A DNA stretch of 64,000 nucleotides. It comes from Meyerozyma guilliermondii. Taxonomy: Eukaryota. Shown here piece after piece: positions 1-10,578 of the stretch. Each line of letters opens with the position of its first letter. Position 1 is the first letter of the stretch. The position numbers were made by a program, and so were the translations under genes. The notes beneath the pieces were generated by a model. That model did not search any database and was not told the DNA's origin. It was given only the letters and a program-made list of their open reading frames with translations. The DNA is taken from the NCBI GenBank assembly GCA_051546255.1, contig CP128821.1:186001-250000 (forward strand), given 5' to 3'.

Positions 1-1
1 A

Positions 2-3000
2 TTGATAGACGCTGAGTTAACTCGTTTGAATATGAAATTAGAGTCTGCCGATGAAGACCAGAAGGCTGCGATCGAAGCTGAGATTTACAAACTTGAACTT
101 TTACCGTTCCAGAAAGAATTGCGTGGAAAGATATTATCTCACGTTTGGTTCAGTAAGTCTCTTCTTCCCAATTCACACCCCAATGTGCTTGCAAAGTGCT
201 CGCACCTTAATTCCGAAAATGCTCAAATGACTCAAAACATGTACAAGAGGCAGCTTTACTCGCTTGCCCAAGCCCAGAACCGCAAGCTTCGTGTCACATT
301 GAATGAAATTATTGCACATCAATCAAAGAAGCGTGATAGGTTGTTTGCCAAGAGAGACAAAAGAGCGAAGATTTGCAGCAAGATTGATAGTTTCCACAGT
401 CAGATCGCGAGAGAAGAGCAGAAGAAGCTCGAACGTATGGCCAAGCAACGTTTACAAGCCTTGAAACTGAACGATGAGGAAGCATACTTGAAATTGCTCG
501 ACCATACTAAAGATACCAGAATTACGCATTTGTTGAAACAGACAAATCAATTTTTGGATACGTTGGCCCAAGCCGTTCAAGCGCAGCAGCGCGACTCTGG
601 TAAGGTTGATGAACCTATAAACGACGAAAAGAGAGAAAAGATTGATTACTACAACGTTGCTCACAGAATTAAGGAAGATGTCACAAAACAGCCATCCATT
701 CTTGTAGGAGGTACATTGAAAGAATATCAATTGAAGGGTTTACAGTGGATGGTTTCTCTTTATAATAACAGGCTAAATGGTATATTGGCCGATGAGATGG
801 GTTTGGGTAAGACCATTCAAACTATATCTCTCATTACTTACATTGTGGAAGTGAAGAAGATCAATGGCCCATTCTTGGTGATTGTTCCATTGTCAACGTT
901 AACTAATTGGAATTTAGAATTCGAGAAATGGGCTCCATCGGTAAAGAAGATCACCTACAAGGGAACTCCTAACCAAAGAAAGAGCCTCCAGTTTGAAGTG
1001 AGGAAAGGGGATTTCCAAATTTTGTTGACCACTTTTGAATACATCATCAAGGACAAGAGTGTGTTGGCAAAGGTGAAATGGATTCACATGATTATTGATG
1101 AAGGTCACAGAATGAAGAATGCCAACTCGAAGTTATCCGAAACTTTAACCCATCACTACCACAGTGACTACAGATTGATTTTGACTGGTACACCATTGCA
1201 AAACAATTTACCCGAATTATGGGCACTTTTGAACTTTGTGCTTCCAAAAATCTTCAACTCTGTGAAGTCTTTCGACGAGTGGTTTAACACACCTTTTGCA
1301 AACACCGGTGGGCAAGACAAAATCGAACTCAGTGAAGAAGAGACTCTTTTAGTCATTAGGCGTCTTCATAAAGTTTTACGTCCTTTCTTATTGAGAAGAT
1401 TGAAAAAGGATGTCGAGAAGGACTTGCCAAACAAGGTTGAAAAAGTTGTAAAGTGTCGCATGTCATCTTTGCAATCCAAATTGTATCAACAAATGTTGAA
1501 GTACAATTTGCTATTCTCCAGCAATCCCGATGGAGATGGTAAGCCGATTGCCATTAAAAACACGAATAATCAGATTATGCAATTGAGAAAGATTTGCAAT
1601 CATCCTTTTGTGTATGAAGAAGTTGAAAATATGATCAATCCCACTGCTGATACCAATGATGAAATTTGGAGAGTTGCTGGAAAGTTTGAGTTGCTTGACC
1701 GTATCTTGCCCAAATTGAAAGCCACCGGTCATAGAGTATTGATTTTCTTTCAAATGACCCTGATCATGAATATTATGGAGGATTTTTTGCGTCTTCGTGA
1801 TCTCAAGTATATGAGATTGGACGGTGCAACTAAGGCAGATGATAGAACGGGATTGTTGAAGCTTTTTAATGAAGAGAATTCCGATTATTTCTGCTTCCTT
1901 TTGTCTACAAGAGCTGGTGGTCTAGGATTGAATTTGCAAACTGCTGACACGGTTATTATTTTTGATTCTGACTGGAATCCTCATCAAGATCTTCAGGCGC
2001 AAGATCGTGCACATCGTATTGGCCAAAAGAACGAGGTACGTATCATCCGATTGATCACGGAAGACTCTGTCGAAGAAATGATTTTAGAAAGAGCTCATGC
2101 CAAGTTGGAGATTGATGGCAAAGTCATTCAAGCAGGAAAATTTGATAATAAATCCACCACCGAAGAGCAGGAAGCGCTCTTGCGTGCATTATTTGTGAAG
2201 GAAGAAGAGCGTAAAGCCAAAACCTCTGCAATGGATGGCGACGACGAGTTGGACGACGATGAGCTCAATCAAATATTGTCGCGTGATGATACTGAATTAG
2301 TTGTATTCAGACAATTGGATGAAGCTAGAAATTTGGAAACAAAGCAGGCTTCGTATCCCACAAGACTTTTTTCAGAGCAGGAGCTTCCAGACTTTTACAA
2401 GACCAACTTCGATATATACTTCGACAAGGACATTGTGAACGCTGATGATTATGGACGGGGAGCTCGTGAAAGAAAGACCGCGCTTTATGATGACAATCTC
2501 ACTGAAGAACAGTGGCTCAAGCAAATTGATGGGGTACTTTCAAGTGACGATGAAATGTCAACTAAAGGTAAAAGGTCAAGAGGAAGGTCTAAAATCAAGA
2601 AAAATGAAGAAGAAAGTGGCAGTGAAAACGGATTTGGTCGCAAGAGAAGACTTTCCAACGACGATATGAGTGATTTCGAGAGCTCGTCCCGTCAAGGACG
2701 GTCTTCCACACCGCTGTCAATAATCAAGCGAAGGGCCATGGCGAAGAGAGGGAAACGTAGTAAAGCCTCCTTCTTGTCAAGAACTCCATTAGCGAATGAT
2801 CCATTACTGGACGATGCTCGAGATAACTTGCAACAGCAACTCGAAGAAATCTACGAGACCATCTTGAATTACACAGATGAAAATGGTCGTAGATTGAGCG
2901 ATTTGTTCATGGTGAGGCCTTCAAAGAAACTCTATCCCGACTACTTTGTGCTCATCAAACATCCTATGGCATTGGATACCATCAAGAAGCGAATCACTTC

Positions 3001-3382
3001 CAACGCCTACATGGAGGTGAAGGATATGTTGGAAGATATTCACCTCATGTTCAGCAATGCCAGAGTATACAACGAAGAAGGGTCAATCGTTTACGAAGAT
3101 GCTAATACTCTTGAAAGTTTGGGATATCAAAAATTTGCAGAGATCGCCAAAGCGGCTAATATGAGCAACGAGGATATCGAGAAATATCTTGATATGCAAG
3201 AGGTAAACGAAGTTCTTGGTTTGAAACCCTTTGTTCCAAGCGCAGAGGTCAAGAGGTCTGCCGCTGCAAACGACAATATCGAACCCCAGGCAGACGATCA
3301 ACTTGCTGACTCTGTAGATCATGGGCTGATGAATGATTTCTTTCCTTTCGACGACGACGACACGCGAGACCCATTATTATAG
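2..3382 (+). CDS. SNF2: SWI/SNF chromatin-remodelling ATPase (5' end lies outside the window)
   Basis: HSA-like helical region, SNF2 helicase motifs (GILADEMGLGKT, IIDEGHRMKN, LLSTRAGGLGLNL, QAQDRAHRIGQ) and C-terminal bromodomain (YPDYFVLIKHPM...NARVYNEEGS). The N-terminal 'WFSKSLLPNSHPN' segment favours Snf2 over Sth1. Confidence 0.9.
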   Translation: MIDAELTRLNMKLESADEDQKAAIEAEIYKLELLPFQKELRGKILSHVWFSKSLLPNSHPNVLAKCSHLNSENAQMTQNMYKRQLYSLAQAQNRKLRVTLNEIIAHQSKKRDRLFAKRDKRAKICSKIDSFHSQIAREEQKKLERMAKQRLQALKLNDEEAYLKLLDHTKDTRITHLLKQTNQFLDTLAQAVQAQQRDSGKVDEPINDEKREKIDYYNVAHRIKEDVTKQPSILVGGTLKEYQLKGLQWMVSLYNNRLNGILADEMGLGKTIQTISLITYIVEVKKINGPFLVIVPLSTLTNWNLEFEKWAPSVKKITYKGTPNQRKSLQFEVRKGDFQILLTTFEYIIKDKSVLAKVKWIHMIIDEGHRMKNANSKLSETLTHHYHSDYRLILTGTPLQNNLPELWALLNFVLPKIFNSVKSFDEWFNTPFANTGGQDKIELSEEETLLVIRRLHKVLRPFLLRRLKKDVEKDLPNKVEKVVKCRMSSLQSKLYQQMLKYNLLFSSNPDGDGKPIAIKNTNNQIMQLRKICNHPFVYEEVENMINPTADTNDEIWRVAGKFELLDRILPKLKATGHRVLIFFQMTLIMNIMEDFLRLRDLKYMRLDGATKADDRTGLLKLFNEENSDYFCFLLSTRAGGLGLNLQTADTVIIFDSDWNPHQDLQAQDRAHRIGQKNEVRIIRLITEDSVEEMILERAHAKLEIDGKVIQAGKFDNKSTTEEQEALLRALFVKEEERKAKTSAMDGDDELDDDELNQILSRDDTELVVFRQLDEARNLETKQASYPTRLFSEQELPDFYKTNFDIYFDKDIVNADDYGRGARERKTALYDDNLTEEQWLKQIDGVLSSDDEMSTKGKRSRGRSKIKKNEEESGSENGFGRKRRLSNDDMSDFESSSRQGRSSTPLSIIKRRAMAKRGKRSKASFLSRTPLANDPLLDDARDNLQQQLEEIYETILNYTDENGRRLSDLFMVRPSKKLYPDYFVLIKHPMALDTIKKRITSNAYMEVKDMLEDIHLMFSNARVYNEEGSIVYEDANTLESLGYQKFAEIAKAANMSNEDIEKYLDMQEVNEVLGLKPFVPSAEVKRSAAANDNIEPQADDQLADSVDHGLMNDFFPFDDDDTRDPLL

Positions 3383-3413
3383 ATTGGGCACTATTTAAAT
3401 ATTGTATAATAAT

Positions 3414-3932
3414 TTACACTTCACTATAGCGAGGTAACTCCTCGTCGATATCGTGGTTGATAACCTCGTTATTCACCACAGTATCGAACAAATTAACAAA
3501 CTCGAAGAGGCCACCATCCAAAAATTTGACAGAACCTTCAACCCATTCGGCTCCTGCAATTGCACCATTCAAGCCAGCTGAATGGTACAAAAACAGCCAA
3601 TAATTGGCACCAAACCAGGGAGATTTTATCGAGTGAGAGAATTGTAAGTTTGGTAGTGATTTGATGGTGATTGAAAAGTCATTAATATCTCCTTGAGATG
3701 AAGTCACATAAACAAGTCGTTGGTTTGTAAGGTACAAATATCCATCTTTGGCACTGATATTGATACCGGGAGATTTTTGACCTGACTTCAGGGTCAAAAC
3801 TAAGGTTTGTCTTGCGGTTTTCGTTGCAAATTTGATGTGTTCTCCAGGCTCTAGATCAAAGGGAATAAATCCTTTATTCTTCTGTAGCTCACGACCGTAG
3901 TTTTCCTTGAGCTGTAGCACGTTCAAGGACAT
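3414..3932 (-). CDS. WBP2-like PH/GRAM-fold protein with C-terminal LPxY (PY) motif
   Basis: From ATG 3932 (MSLNV...): GYLYLTNQRLVY, SPWFGANYW and F.DGGLFEF are typical of WW-domain-binding protein 2 homologues; ends EELPRYSEV. The longer track start overlaps MTF1 and is unlikely. Confidence 0.75.
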   Translation of the reverse strand: MSLNVLQLKENYGRELQKNKGFIPFDLEPGEHIKFATKTARQTLVLTLKSGQKSPGINISAKDGYLYLTNQRLVYVTSSQGDINDFSITIKSLPNLQFSHSIKSPWFGANYWLFLYHSAGLNGAIAGAEWVEGSVKFLDGGLFEFVNLFDTVVNNEVINHDIDEELPRYSEV

Positions 3933-4029
3933 TACAAAAGAAAAGATAAAGATTATGTGTGAGGTAATTGTAGTCAGGTGCTGCGCGCAGTACTTTATAG
4001 ATTTTCTCACAATTCTCGATGGCTGCAAC

Positions 4030-5112
4030 ATGAATGTCATTCGTTCCTTTAACCCCTCATTGGCTCCGTTTATGAAGCAACTACCCAGATTTCTGTATGG
4101 AAGTAAGCTCATAGTACGTTCTCGAGAATGCCAGGAGGTGATAGATAGGCTAGATCTACGCAAGAAGTATCCAGATTCACAGAATTTGGATATAATCGAT
4201 GTCTTTACTGGTTATGGATTACTTTCCTCAATGATTAACTACGAACTTAAACCACGCAAACATGTAGTTATTGAAGCGGGAAAGGCTAACATCGAAGAAT
4301 GGACTAAGAGAATCAATCATTTGAAAGAAACAACCAACAACAAAGAGAATTTTATTCTCTACCCTCATGATGGTTTCAATTGGGCCACCTACAATCGCTT
4401 GATTGACCAGGACAAAATTGTGACGCCACGAACCGTGGATAGAAGCAAAATTCACGATGAGCTTCTTATCATTGGTAACTTGACTTCGTCTTCCTTTGGA
4501 GAGTCGTTGTTAGCACAATGGATAATGTGTTCAGTTTATCGTAACTGGCTCCAGAAATATGGAAGAGTACGAATGATATGCGTAATTCCTGAAGGTACTG
4601 CCCACAAGTTTCTTTCCGGAAGAGGGTTTCCCAAACGTAATAGATCTGCCATAAAGCGAGAAATGTTCACCGATACAAAACTTATTGCCATAACTCAAAT
4701 CCTCGAAGTAAGTTCTTCTCCAGAAGGCTTCAAATATGACCCTAATACCCTTTTCAACGACCAGCCGTACTGTATCTCATCCAAGGCGATATTACCTCCA
4801 GGAACAACTTTGAGCGTCATAGAGATCGAGCCAAAAGATCTCGGTCTGTTCGACGTGGATTTGCTAGAGTACGTTCTTCAAATTCTCATGTATAAAGCTA
4901 CTGGCAGGGTCATAGATTCGCTTGCTCAAATTGCTCCAGGCGCAGAAGTCGAGTTGGCTCCTAAACTATCACCTGAATTATTGGAGAAGTGCCCCAGAGA
5001 TCTCACCACTGACGAATTCATGAGCATTTTTGAGGTTGTCGACAACTGGGCGTTCAAGCCCTCTATCGCGGATAGAATAGACATTGTACAAGAGGACACC
5101 CGGACGTTTTGA
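4030..5112 (+). CDS. MTF1: Mitochondrial transcription factor (rRNA dimethylase fold)
   Basis: From ATG 4030: IIDVFTGYGLLS, LLIIGNLT, QWIMCSVYRNWLQKYGRVRM and VDNWAFKP match the Mtf1 pattern. Confidence 0.85.
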   Translation: MNVIRSFNPSLAPFMKQLPRFLYGSKLIVRSRECQEVIDRLDLRKKYPDSQNLDIIDVFTGYGLLSSMINYELKPRKHVVIEAGKANIEEWTKRINHLKETTNNKENFILYPHDGFNWATYNRLIDQDKIVTPRTVDRSKIHDELLIIGNLTSSSFGESLLAQWIMCSVYRNWLQKYGRVRMICVIPEGTAHKFLSGRGFPKRNRSAIKREMFTDTKLIAITQILEVSSSPEGFKYDPNTLFNDQPYCISSKAILPPGTTLSVIEIEPKDLGLFDVDLLEYVLQILMYKATGRVIDSLAQIAPGAEVELAPKLSPELLEKCPRDLTTDEFMSIFEVVDNWAFKPSIADRIDIVQEDTRTF

Positions 5113-5169
5113 ACTACATAGCACATCAGTTGTAGTTTGGATTTTGTATATAGTTTTATCCAACATCGC

Positions 5170-7347
5170 TTAGTTTGGCTTATCTGGAAGATTTGCCAAC
5201 AACTCGACAATCTTACTGCCATCAAACACATGTTCAGAAGGAGGTCCGAAGTACGAGGCACTGGGAAGAACCCTCAAAAGATTGTAAATGTTATTACCAA
5301 CAAAAGATTTTTGAGCCTGTGGTTCCGGGGTAGACATTTGTGGTTCTGGATTGGCAATGGCTGGAAAGTCTTTGGGTATATTAGGCAACTGGACTTTTCT
5401 TCTCTTTGGTGAGTGCGGTTGAATCTCTACTGGCGAATCAAGTTCATTCTTCCTTGCAGTCCCAAGATCGTATTTTTCGATAAGGTTCATCGAACCTATA
5501 GAGTACCTGTCACTGAAAAATTCAATAGGATCGTCTTCGGGGAAGTATTGACTATACCTCGCTTCCAACGACATAACCATCTGTAAATCATTGTTAGCGG
5601 CATACCGGGCAAACTTTTCAGTGAGTTTTCTCAAGTACCATTTGCACTTTCTGAGACTTCTTATCTTTGCTTCTCTCTTCAATTTTTCAACCGAGTTTGA
5701 ATTGTTGGCCATACCATCGAGATCCTCTTTTTCTGTGTTGTAATCTTTCAACAAGTTTGTTCGTGCCTGCTCGAAGAAAGTCTTGATACTTTCAAAGTCG
5801 TTAAGAGTAATTAAATAATCTAAATACGCCAATAAGAATTCTCCGTTCTGTCCGAACTTTTTCATGGCGAGCCTCAAGATTTTTATGGCTGTAGATTTGT
5901 TGTCCGAATAGTATTCGATCATGGCATTTTCCACGTAAAGCCCATACCCTATGTATGATATTTTGCGAGCTTGTTTGAAAATGGACCGTGCTTCTGTGAT
6001 TCCGTTGGCACGTTTGGCACTCAACATTAGCTTGGAGTAAAGAAGAGTGATGCACTTGTTTAGTTCTTCCAATTGTCTCTGTAATTTCTGGAGCTCGAGA
6101 ACTTGGGGTTCCGAGAGCTGGTTGAATACCTGATTGTAATCTATTTCATCTTCGTTTTCGTCATCTTCATTATTTTTGGAGTTTTCTGGTTGGTTTTTCG
6201 GCTTGTTAATGGTATCCAAGATTGAATTGATTTTCTCTGTAACTGAGCTGTAGTCTTTAACAAAGTGATCAATGATTCCCTCAAAAACTGACTTTGTTTC
6301 TCCAAAGTTGCCATCCTTCTCATATAATTCGGCTAGTTCGAAGCCTATCAAGAAACTTCTTGGGTTCAAGACCAACCCTTCTTTTAAAAGAGTCATAACT
6401 TTATTTGCATTGGCATCTTCGTTGGAGGCTGACCAAAACCTACCTAGTTTGAACCATATTTCTGGAACAAATGGCAAGCACTTGACAGCCTGTTTAAACA
6501 CATATTCAATACGTGCTTGAAGCAAAGATTCTTCCTTAATTGCCAAATTATTTTTCCTCTCTAATTCAATCCACTTGTACCAAAGGTCCAATTGGCTGCG
6601 AACCAAGTGGCCGTACTGAGAGTCGGTGATACTAAAAGGAATGATAGAACGTCGAAGCAGCTTTTGAGTCATGTTTTGCCATTCAGTGTTCCACGAACGG
6701 GCTTCCATAAACTCTGCCGAAATTGCAGCGATGAATTTGCTGGCGGCAGAAGCATTCAAGTCTGATTCCCATTTGGTATAAACTGACCATGCTTGCTCTA
6801 TCTTTTCTGTAGGTATAACGAGAAACCTCTTGTATACTTTCCGAATCAAATCCACTTTTTGCTGTTGTTCCCACGAAGCTGTTGGAGTCCATGACTTCAA
6901 GAAATCTAGATAGTCGTTCCACAATGGTCCGCTGGCGATATCAATGCCTACTTTATTGACAGCAAACTCAAAAGCCTTGATGACTACTCCCCGGGCCTTC
7001 TCTCCGCCAGTGATAACATCATTTGTTCGCCTAACATAAGAAACATAAAGTCTATATAATTCGACATCATCCACCAAGTTGATACACTGGCCAAAGAGGG
7101 TCTCCACCTTTTGGAATTCTCCACGGTTCATCTCATAGCTGATGTAGCCACACCACTGGGCCCCATCATGCTTGAATATCAGCAAATACTTTTCAAACAC
7201 TCGCCGGACCTGCTCTTCTTTGTCTTTGTTCACCACCTGTTTGATCAATTTGGTCCACCTAGCATAGTCCAAAGGAGACTCCTCGAGGTCTTCTTCGAGC
7301 TGGCCGATGACGTCGAGATTGACTTTCCGTTTGGGCACGTCAGACAT
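5170..7347 (-). CDS. RNA14: mRNA 3'-end processing factor (CF IA/CstF-77, HAT repeats)
   Basis: HAT/Suf repeats (LYRLYVSYVRR, LWNDYLDFLKSW, WYKWIELERKN); first ATG at 7347 (MSDVPK). Confidence 0.9.
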   Translation of the reverse strand: MSDVPKRKVNLDVIGQLEEDLEESPLDYARWTKLIKQVVNKDKEEQVRRVFEKYLLIFKHDGAQWCGYISYEMNRGEFQKVETLFGQCINLVDDVELYRLYVSYVRRTNDVITGGEKARGVVIKAFEFAVNKVGIDIASGPLWNDYLDFLKSWTPTASWEQQQKVDLIRKVYKRFLVIPTEKIEQAWSVYTKWESDLNASAASKFIAAISAEFMEARSWNTEWQNMTQKLLRRSIIPFSITDSQYGHLVRSQLDLWYKWIELERKNNLAIKEESLLQARIEYVFKQAVKCLPFVPEIWFKLGRFWSASNEDANANKVMTLLKEGLVLNPRSFLIGFELAELYEKDGNFGETKSVFEGIIDHFVKDYSSVTEKINSILDTINKPKNQPENSKNNEDDENEDEIDYNQVFNQLSEPQVLELQKLQRQLEELNKCITLLYSKLMLSAKRANGITEARSIFKQARKISYIGYGLYVENAMIEYYSDNKSTAIKILRLAMKKFGQNGEFLLAYLDYLITLNDFESIKTFFEQARTNLLKDYNTEKEDLDGMANNSNSVEKLKREAKIRSLRKCKWYLRKLTEKFARYAANNDLQMVMSLEARYSQYFPEDDPIEFFSDRYSIGSMNLIEKYDLGTARKNELDSPVEIQPHSPKRRKVQLPNIPKDFPAIANPEPQMSTPEPQAQKSFVGNNIYNLLRVLPSASYFGPPSEHVFDGSKIVELLANLPDKPN

Positions 7348-7549
7348 GATGGAGATGATGGATGGGGATGAAGGAAAAACGAAACCACCAGTGAGAAATC
7401 CGGTATACACCCTTTCGCACACCCCAACATCAAGCGAGAGCAGCGCGAACACTGCGAGAACACTGCGAGAAGTCACCACGAGAATTAAAGGTTAGACATT
7501 AAATAACTTCAAGTCTTTCTTTCTTGTGTCTATACCAGATATATCTACT

Positions 7550-8521
7550 ATGGTGGATTATGAACTACATGTTTGGGGATGCGATAAATCCATATCAGTG
7601 GTTTTTCCAGAATGTCTCGCAGCCGCCTGGTTGGTAACCACATGTATACCGCACGAAAAGATAAATATAGTGACTCTGTCCAATACCAATCTTTCGAAAA
7701 CCGGTGTACTTCCAGTGTTGCTCACTAAAGATGTCTCATACGAGGGTTTTGGGCCGATTTCATCGTTTATTCTTTCAGAGTTTTCTGGCAAAAACGTCAT
7801 TGAAACCAAAGACTTGGCACAGTCTGCTGTGATTCTGTTGATAGAAAACAAGCTAGTCCGTGTCCACCAGTTCAATCTTTATTCGAATCTCAAGAATTAC
7901 GAAGGATATACCAGGAAACAGTTTAAGAAGTATCTTCCATTTCCAATGATGTACAACCAACCTTTGAAACTATACAACGTCGCACAGGACCAAGTACGTA
8001 TGGCAGGCTTATTACCCTCCCCCCCAGGCCTTTTTGGGGTGTTTTCCGGCTCTTCTGGTCCCCATGACGAAGTCGACGAGGAGACGTCAGAAGTGGCATT
8101 GAGTGCATTACACGAGAGACAAATGACAGCCAAATCAAATAAGCGAGAACTTCTCAGACAATCCAAAAACAGTTTAAAATGTTTGAATTATTTGGGAGAA
8201 ATATTGGACGATATCGTCAAGCTCAACCACCAGCTCAATCCACATCGCCCCGACGACACATTTGCATTAATATTCAACGAAAGCAAGATATCTGTGGCAG
8301 AATTGCTTCTCTTTGCATACATCCATTCGCTCACATACGATGGTTTACCAGACCATGCTATTCACGATTACATCCGCCTTAAATATCTGTCATTTGCAGA
8401 CTTTTCCCAAACAAAAATCAACGAGCTCAACCAATTGCTCGATGACTCAGCAATTCAACCGCCAAATTCCAGTCAGGTTCCTAATCTAATCAACGAAGTC
8501 AGGTATAGATTGGGCTACTGA
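7550..8521 (+). CDS. SAM37: Mitochondrial SAM complex subunit (metaxin-like)
   Basis: N-terminal ELHVWG...PECLAAAW...SNTNLS.TG.LP.L and NYEGYTRKQF..YLPFPMMYNQP (Tom37/metaxin N-domain). Confidence 0.85.
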   Translation: MVDYELHVWGCDKSISVVFPECLAAAWLVTTCIPHEKINIVTLSNTNLSKTGVLPVLLTKDVSYEGFGPISSFILSEFSGKNVIETKDLAQSAVILLIENKLVRVHQFNLYSNLKNYEGYTRKQFKKYLPFPMMYNQPLKLYNVAQDQVRMAGLLPSPPGLFGVFSGSSGPHDEVDEETSEVALSALHERQMTAKSNKRELLRQSKNSLKCLNYLGEILDDIVKLNHQLNPHRPDDTFALIFNESKISVAELLLFAYIHSLTYDGLPDHAIHDYIRLKYLSFADFSQTKINELNQLLDDSAIQPPNSSQVPNLINEVRYRLGY

Positions 8522-8955
8522 ATCAGCGGTTCTGATTACTTAAGCCTAACTTATATAAAACGTCCGCGAAGCGATGAAAAACTTCATGGCAAATTAGCAT
8601 AGTTTCACTCTATACCTAGATCATGTATTTAATGATGGAATTTACCTTGCCAAAGAGCAACTGCATCATCTAGGATATTGCGCTTCGAAGTCGGAGACAA
8701 GTTTATTATTCTGGAAGAGGCATACATGGAGTAGACAGAGATTAAGCTGTAGAAAGTAGATTTTAGAGTTTATGAAAGAAGTTTGTGGAACTATGCTGAC
8801 TTTTGGTGTTTTCTTCTTCCCAAACGTTGCACTTTCCTTCTCTAACCCACCATTCTTCGTAGATTTTTTTTCGGGTTATCCGGGCAGATCGCGAAAATAC
8901 ATATATATTCGCGACCGAAACTAAAACTGCTGTGACTTAATCCTAGCTAAACGAG

Positions 8956-10272
8956 ATGAAATTGTCACTCGCTATTTCACTTTTTGTGTCAGTGATCAGT
9001 GCTGCAGCAGTGCAACACGTTCCAGAGCCCCACATTACATCAGCGCCTGTCACATCAGATCTGGGAGCTGCTACCATTCACCATGAAAAGAGATACAAAA
9101 ATGCCATCATCAACAAAGAGTATAGGGAGAAAATGGAAGCCAAGAAAAAGGCAGCAGAGAGCACGCTGCTGAAGCCCAAAGCATGGATGCGTGTTGTGTA
9201 TTCTACAAAGACCGAGAGAGTGATACCAACCGTCATTGCTGGTGTCACTTTCAGCGCCAAACCACCGGCAACTACAGACGGATTGGAACCATGGATATCG
9301 TTGAACAAGGATGGTTCGCCCAAGACTATCAAACCAGACATCAAAAATGGTCGTATCAGAAAGCCCTCGCCCACGTATGGCACATGGTTCCAGACTGCCT
9401 CCACCATCGTTTATACCCCTGAAGAAATGGGGTTGGAGCACTTGGGCAATGAAGATGAGGTTCACGAAGAAGTTGTGTACCAAGAAGAAGACCAGACGTA
9501 CCACTCGCTCAACCCGTTGATCAGATGTACCCCGGATTACTACAAGTTGAAGGGTGTGGCTAAGGACCAGTCACCGGAACCATTCTGTTTTCCTCAAGAT
9601 AGTGCACAACTTAAGCAGGAGAAAACCTACTTTGTGACCTGGTTTTCCCGGTTTTTCGCTCCAGAAGTCAAGAATGTCAAGCTCCATTTGACCTATGTCA
9701 AAGAACATCACATGTACAAGGGAACCAAGAGATCCGAGGTGATGGATAAAGGAGGACAGGCACATGCAAATTCATTTTTCACCTCGGACTGGATCGAAAA
9801 TGATAAGGGCTTTTACCCATTGACCATTGATCCCGAATGGCTCACGATGAAAGAGCCTTTCCGTAAAGTGATGCTTTCTCTCCAACCAGATAACGTTTCG
9901 GACGAGGATTTCGACCCACAGGCCAATTTTATTGTCATAGAGATAGCCAAGGGTGCCAAGGTTGGAAAAGAACATTTGCTTGATTTGAAGAAACTCGAAG
10001 AAAAATGGGACAAGGCAGACATCGATGGGGTTTATGACGAAGGACCCAACATGGAGAAATACCTCATAATGATGACAATGCCTACGTGTGTCGCGATCGC
10101 TGGGTTATTGATGTACTTCTTTGTCATGGTGAACAAAAAGAACACCGATCTAAGCCATTTGCGGCCAAAACGTGCGTTGGGAAGACTCACCAACCACCGG
10201 AGAATTCCGTTCGCTAAGAAGAAGAAACAGGAAACCGAGCTTCCACTTCTGGACATGAACAAATTAGATTAA
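8956..10272 (+). CDS. PSG1: Type-I membrane protein, Psg1/YKL077W-like
   Basis: Signal peptide; PTVIAGVTFSAKP..PWISLNKDGSPKTIKP; LNPLIRCTPD; dibasic KR sites; single C-terminal TM helix with basic tail. Confidence 0.7.
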   Translation: MKLSLAISLFVSVISAAAVQHVPEPHITSAPVTSDLGAATIHHEKRYKNAIINKEYREKMEAKKKAAESTLLKPKAWMRVVYSTKTERVIPTVIAGVTFSAKPPATTDGLEPWISLNKDGSPKTIKPDIKNGRIRKPSPTYGTWFQTASTIVYTPEEMGLEHLGNEDEVHEEVVYQEEDQTYHSLNPLIRCTPDYYKLKGVAKDQSPEPFCFPQDSAQLKQEKTYFVTWFSRFFAPEVKNVKLHLTYVKEHHMYKGTKRSEVMDKGGQAHANSFFTSDWIENDKGFYPLTIDPEWLTMKEPFRKVMLSLQPDNVSDEDFDPQANFIVIEIAKGAKVGKEHLLDLKKLEEKWDKADIDGVYDEGPNMEKYLIMMTMPTCVAIAGLLMYFFVMVNKKNTDLSHLRPKRALGRLTNHRRIPFAKKKKQETELPLLDMNKLD

Positions 10273-10578
10273 TAGCATAACACTCATTTCAACCGCCAAT
10301 TGGTTTTGTCGGCACATGTTCTCTCGCTTATACTCGGTTCTACTAGCCGCGGACTGTATGCAGCCCCATTCTGTAGTCCCCAAGATCTGATGTTTGGGTC
10401 TTATTGTAACCACTGCGGTGTGAGCTCTAATCACACATTGTTAAATCATACATTGTTTAAATTCTTTGGTTAGGAAAAAAGATACACGGCTTCGTTGCTT
10501 TATAAACTTTGGTGGAACCTTTATAGATTGAAAGCACTAAAAATCGTTGTCTACTAGGGGAATATTTACTACCTAACC

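Noticed and set aside
3907..4163. Apparent overlap of MTF1 and WBP2-like ORFs (also the N-extensions shown for RNA14, SEC17, LEM3, oxidoreductase copy 2)
   Set aside because: Artefacts of upstream or non-ATG starts in the ORF track; family-like sequence begins at downstream ATGs.
10500..10540. ACCTTTATAGA as a Zap1 ZRE upstream of ZRT3
   Set aside because: Only the left half matches ACCTTNAAGGT.
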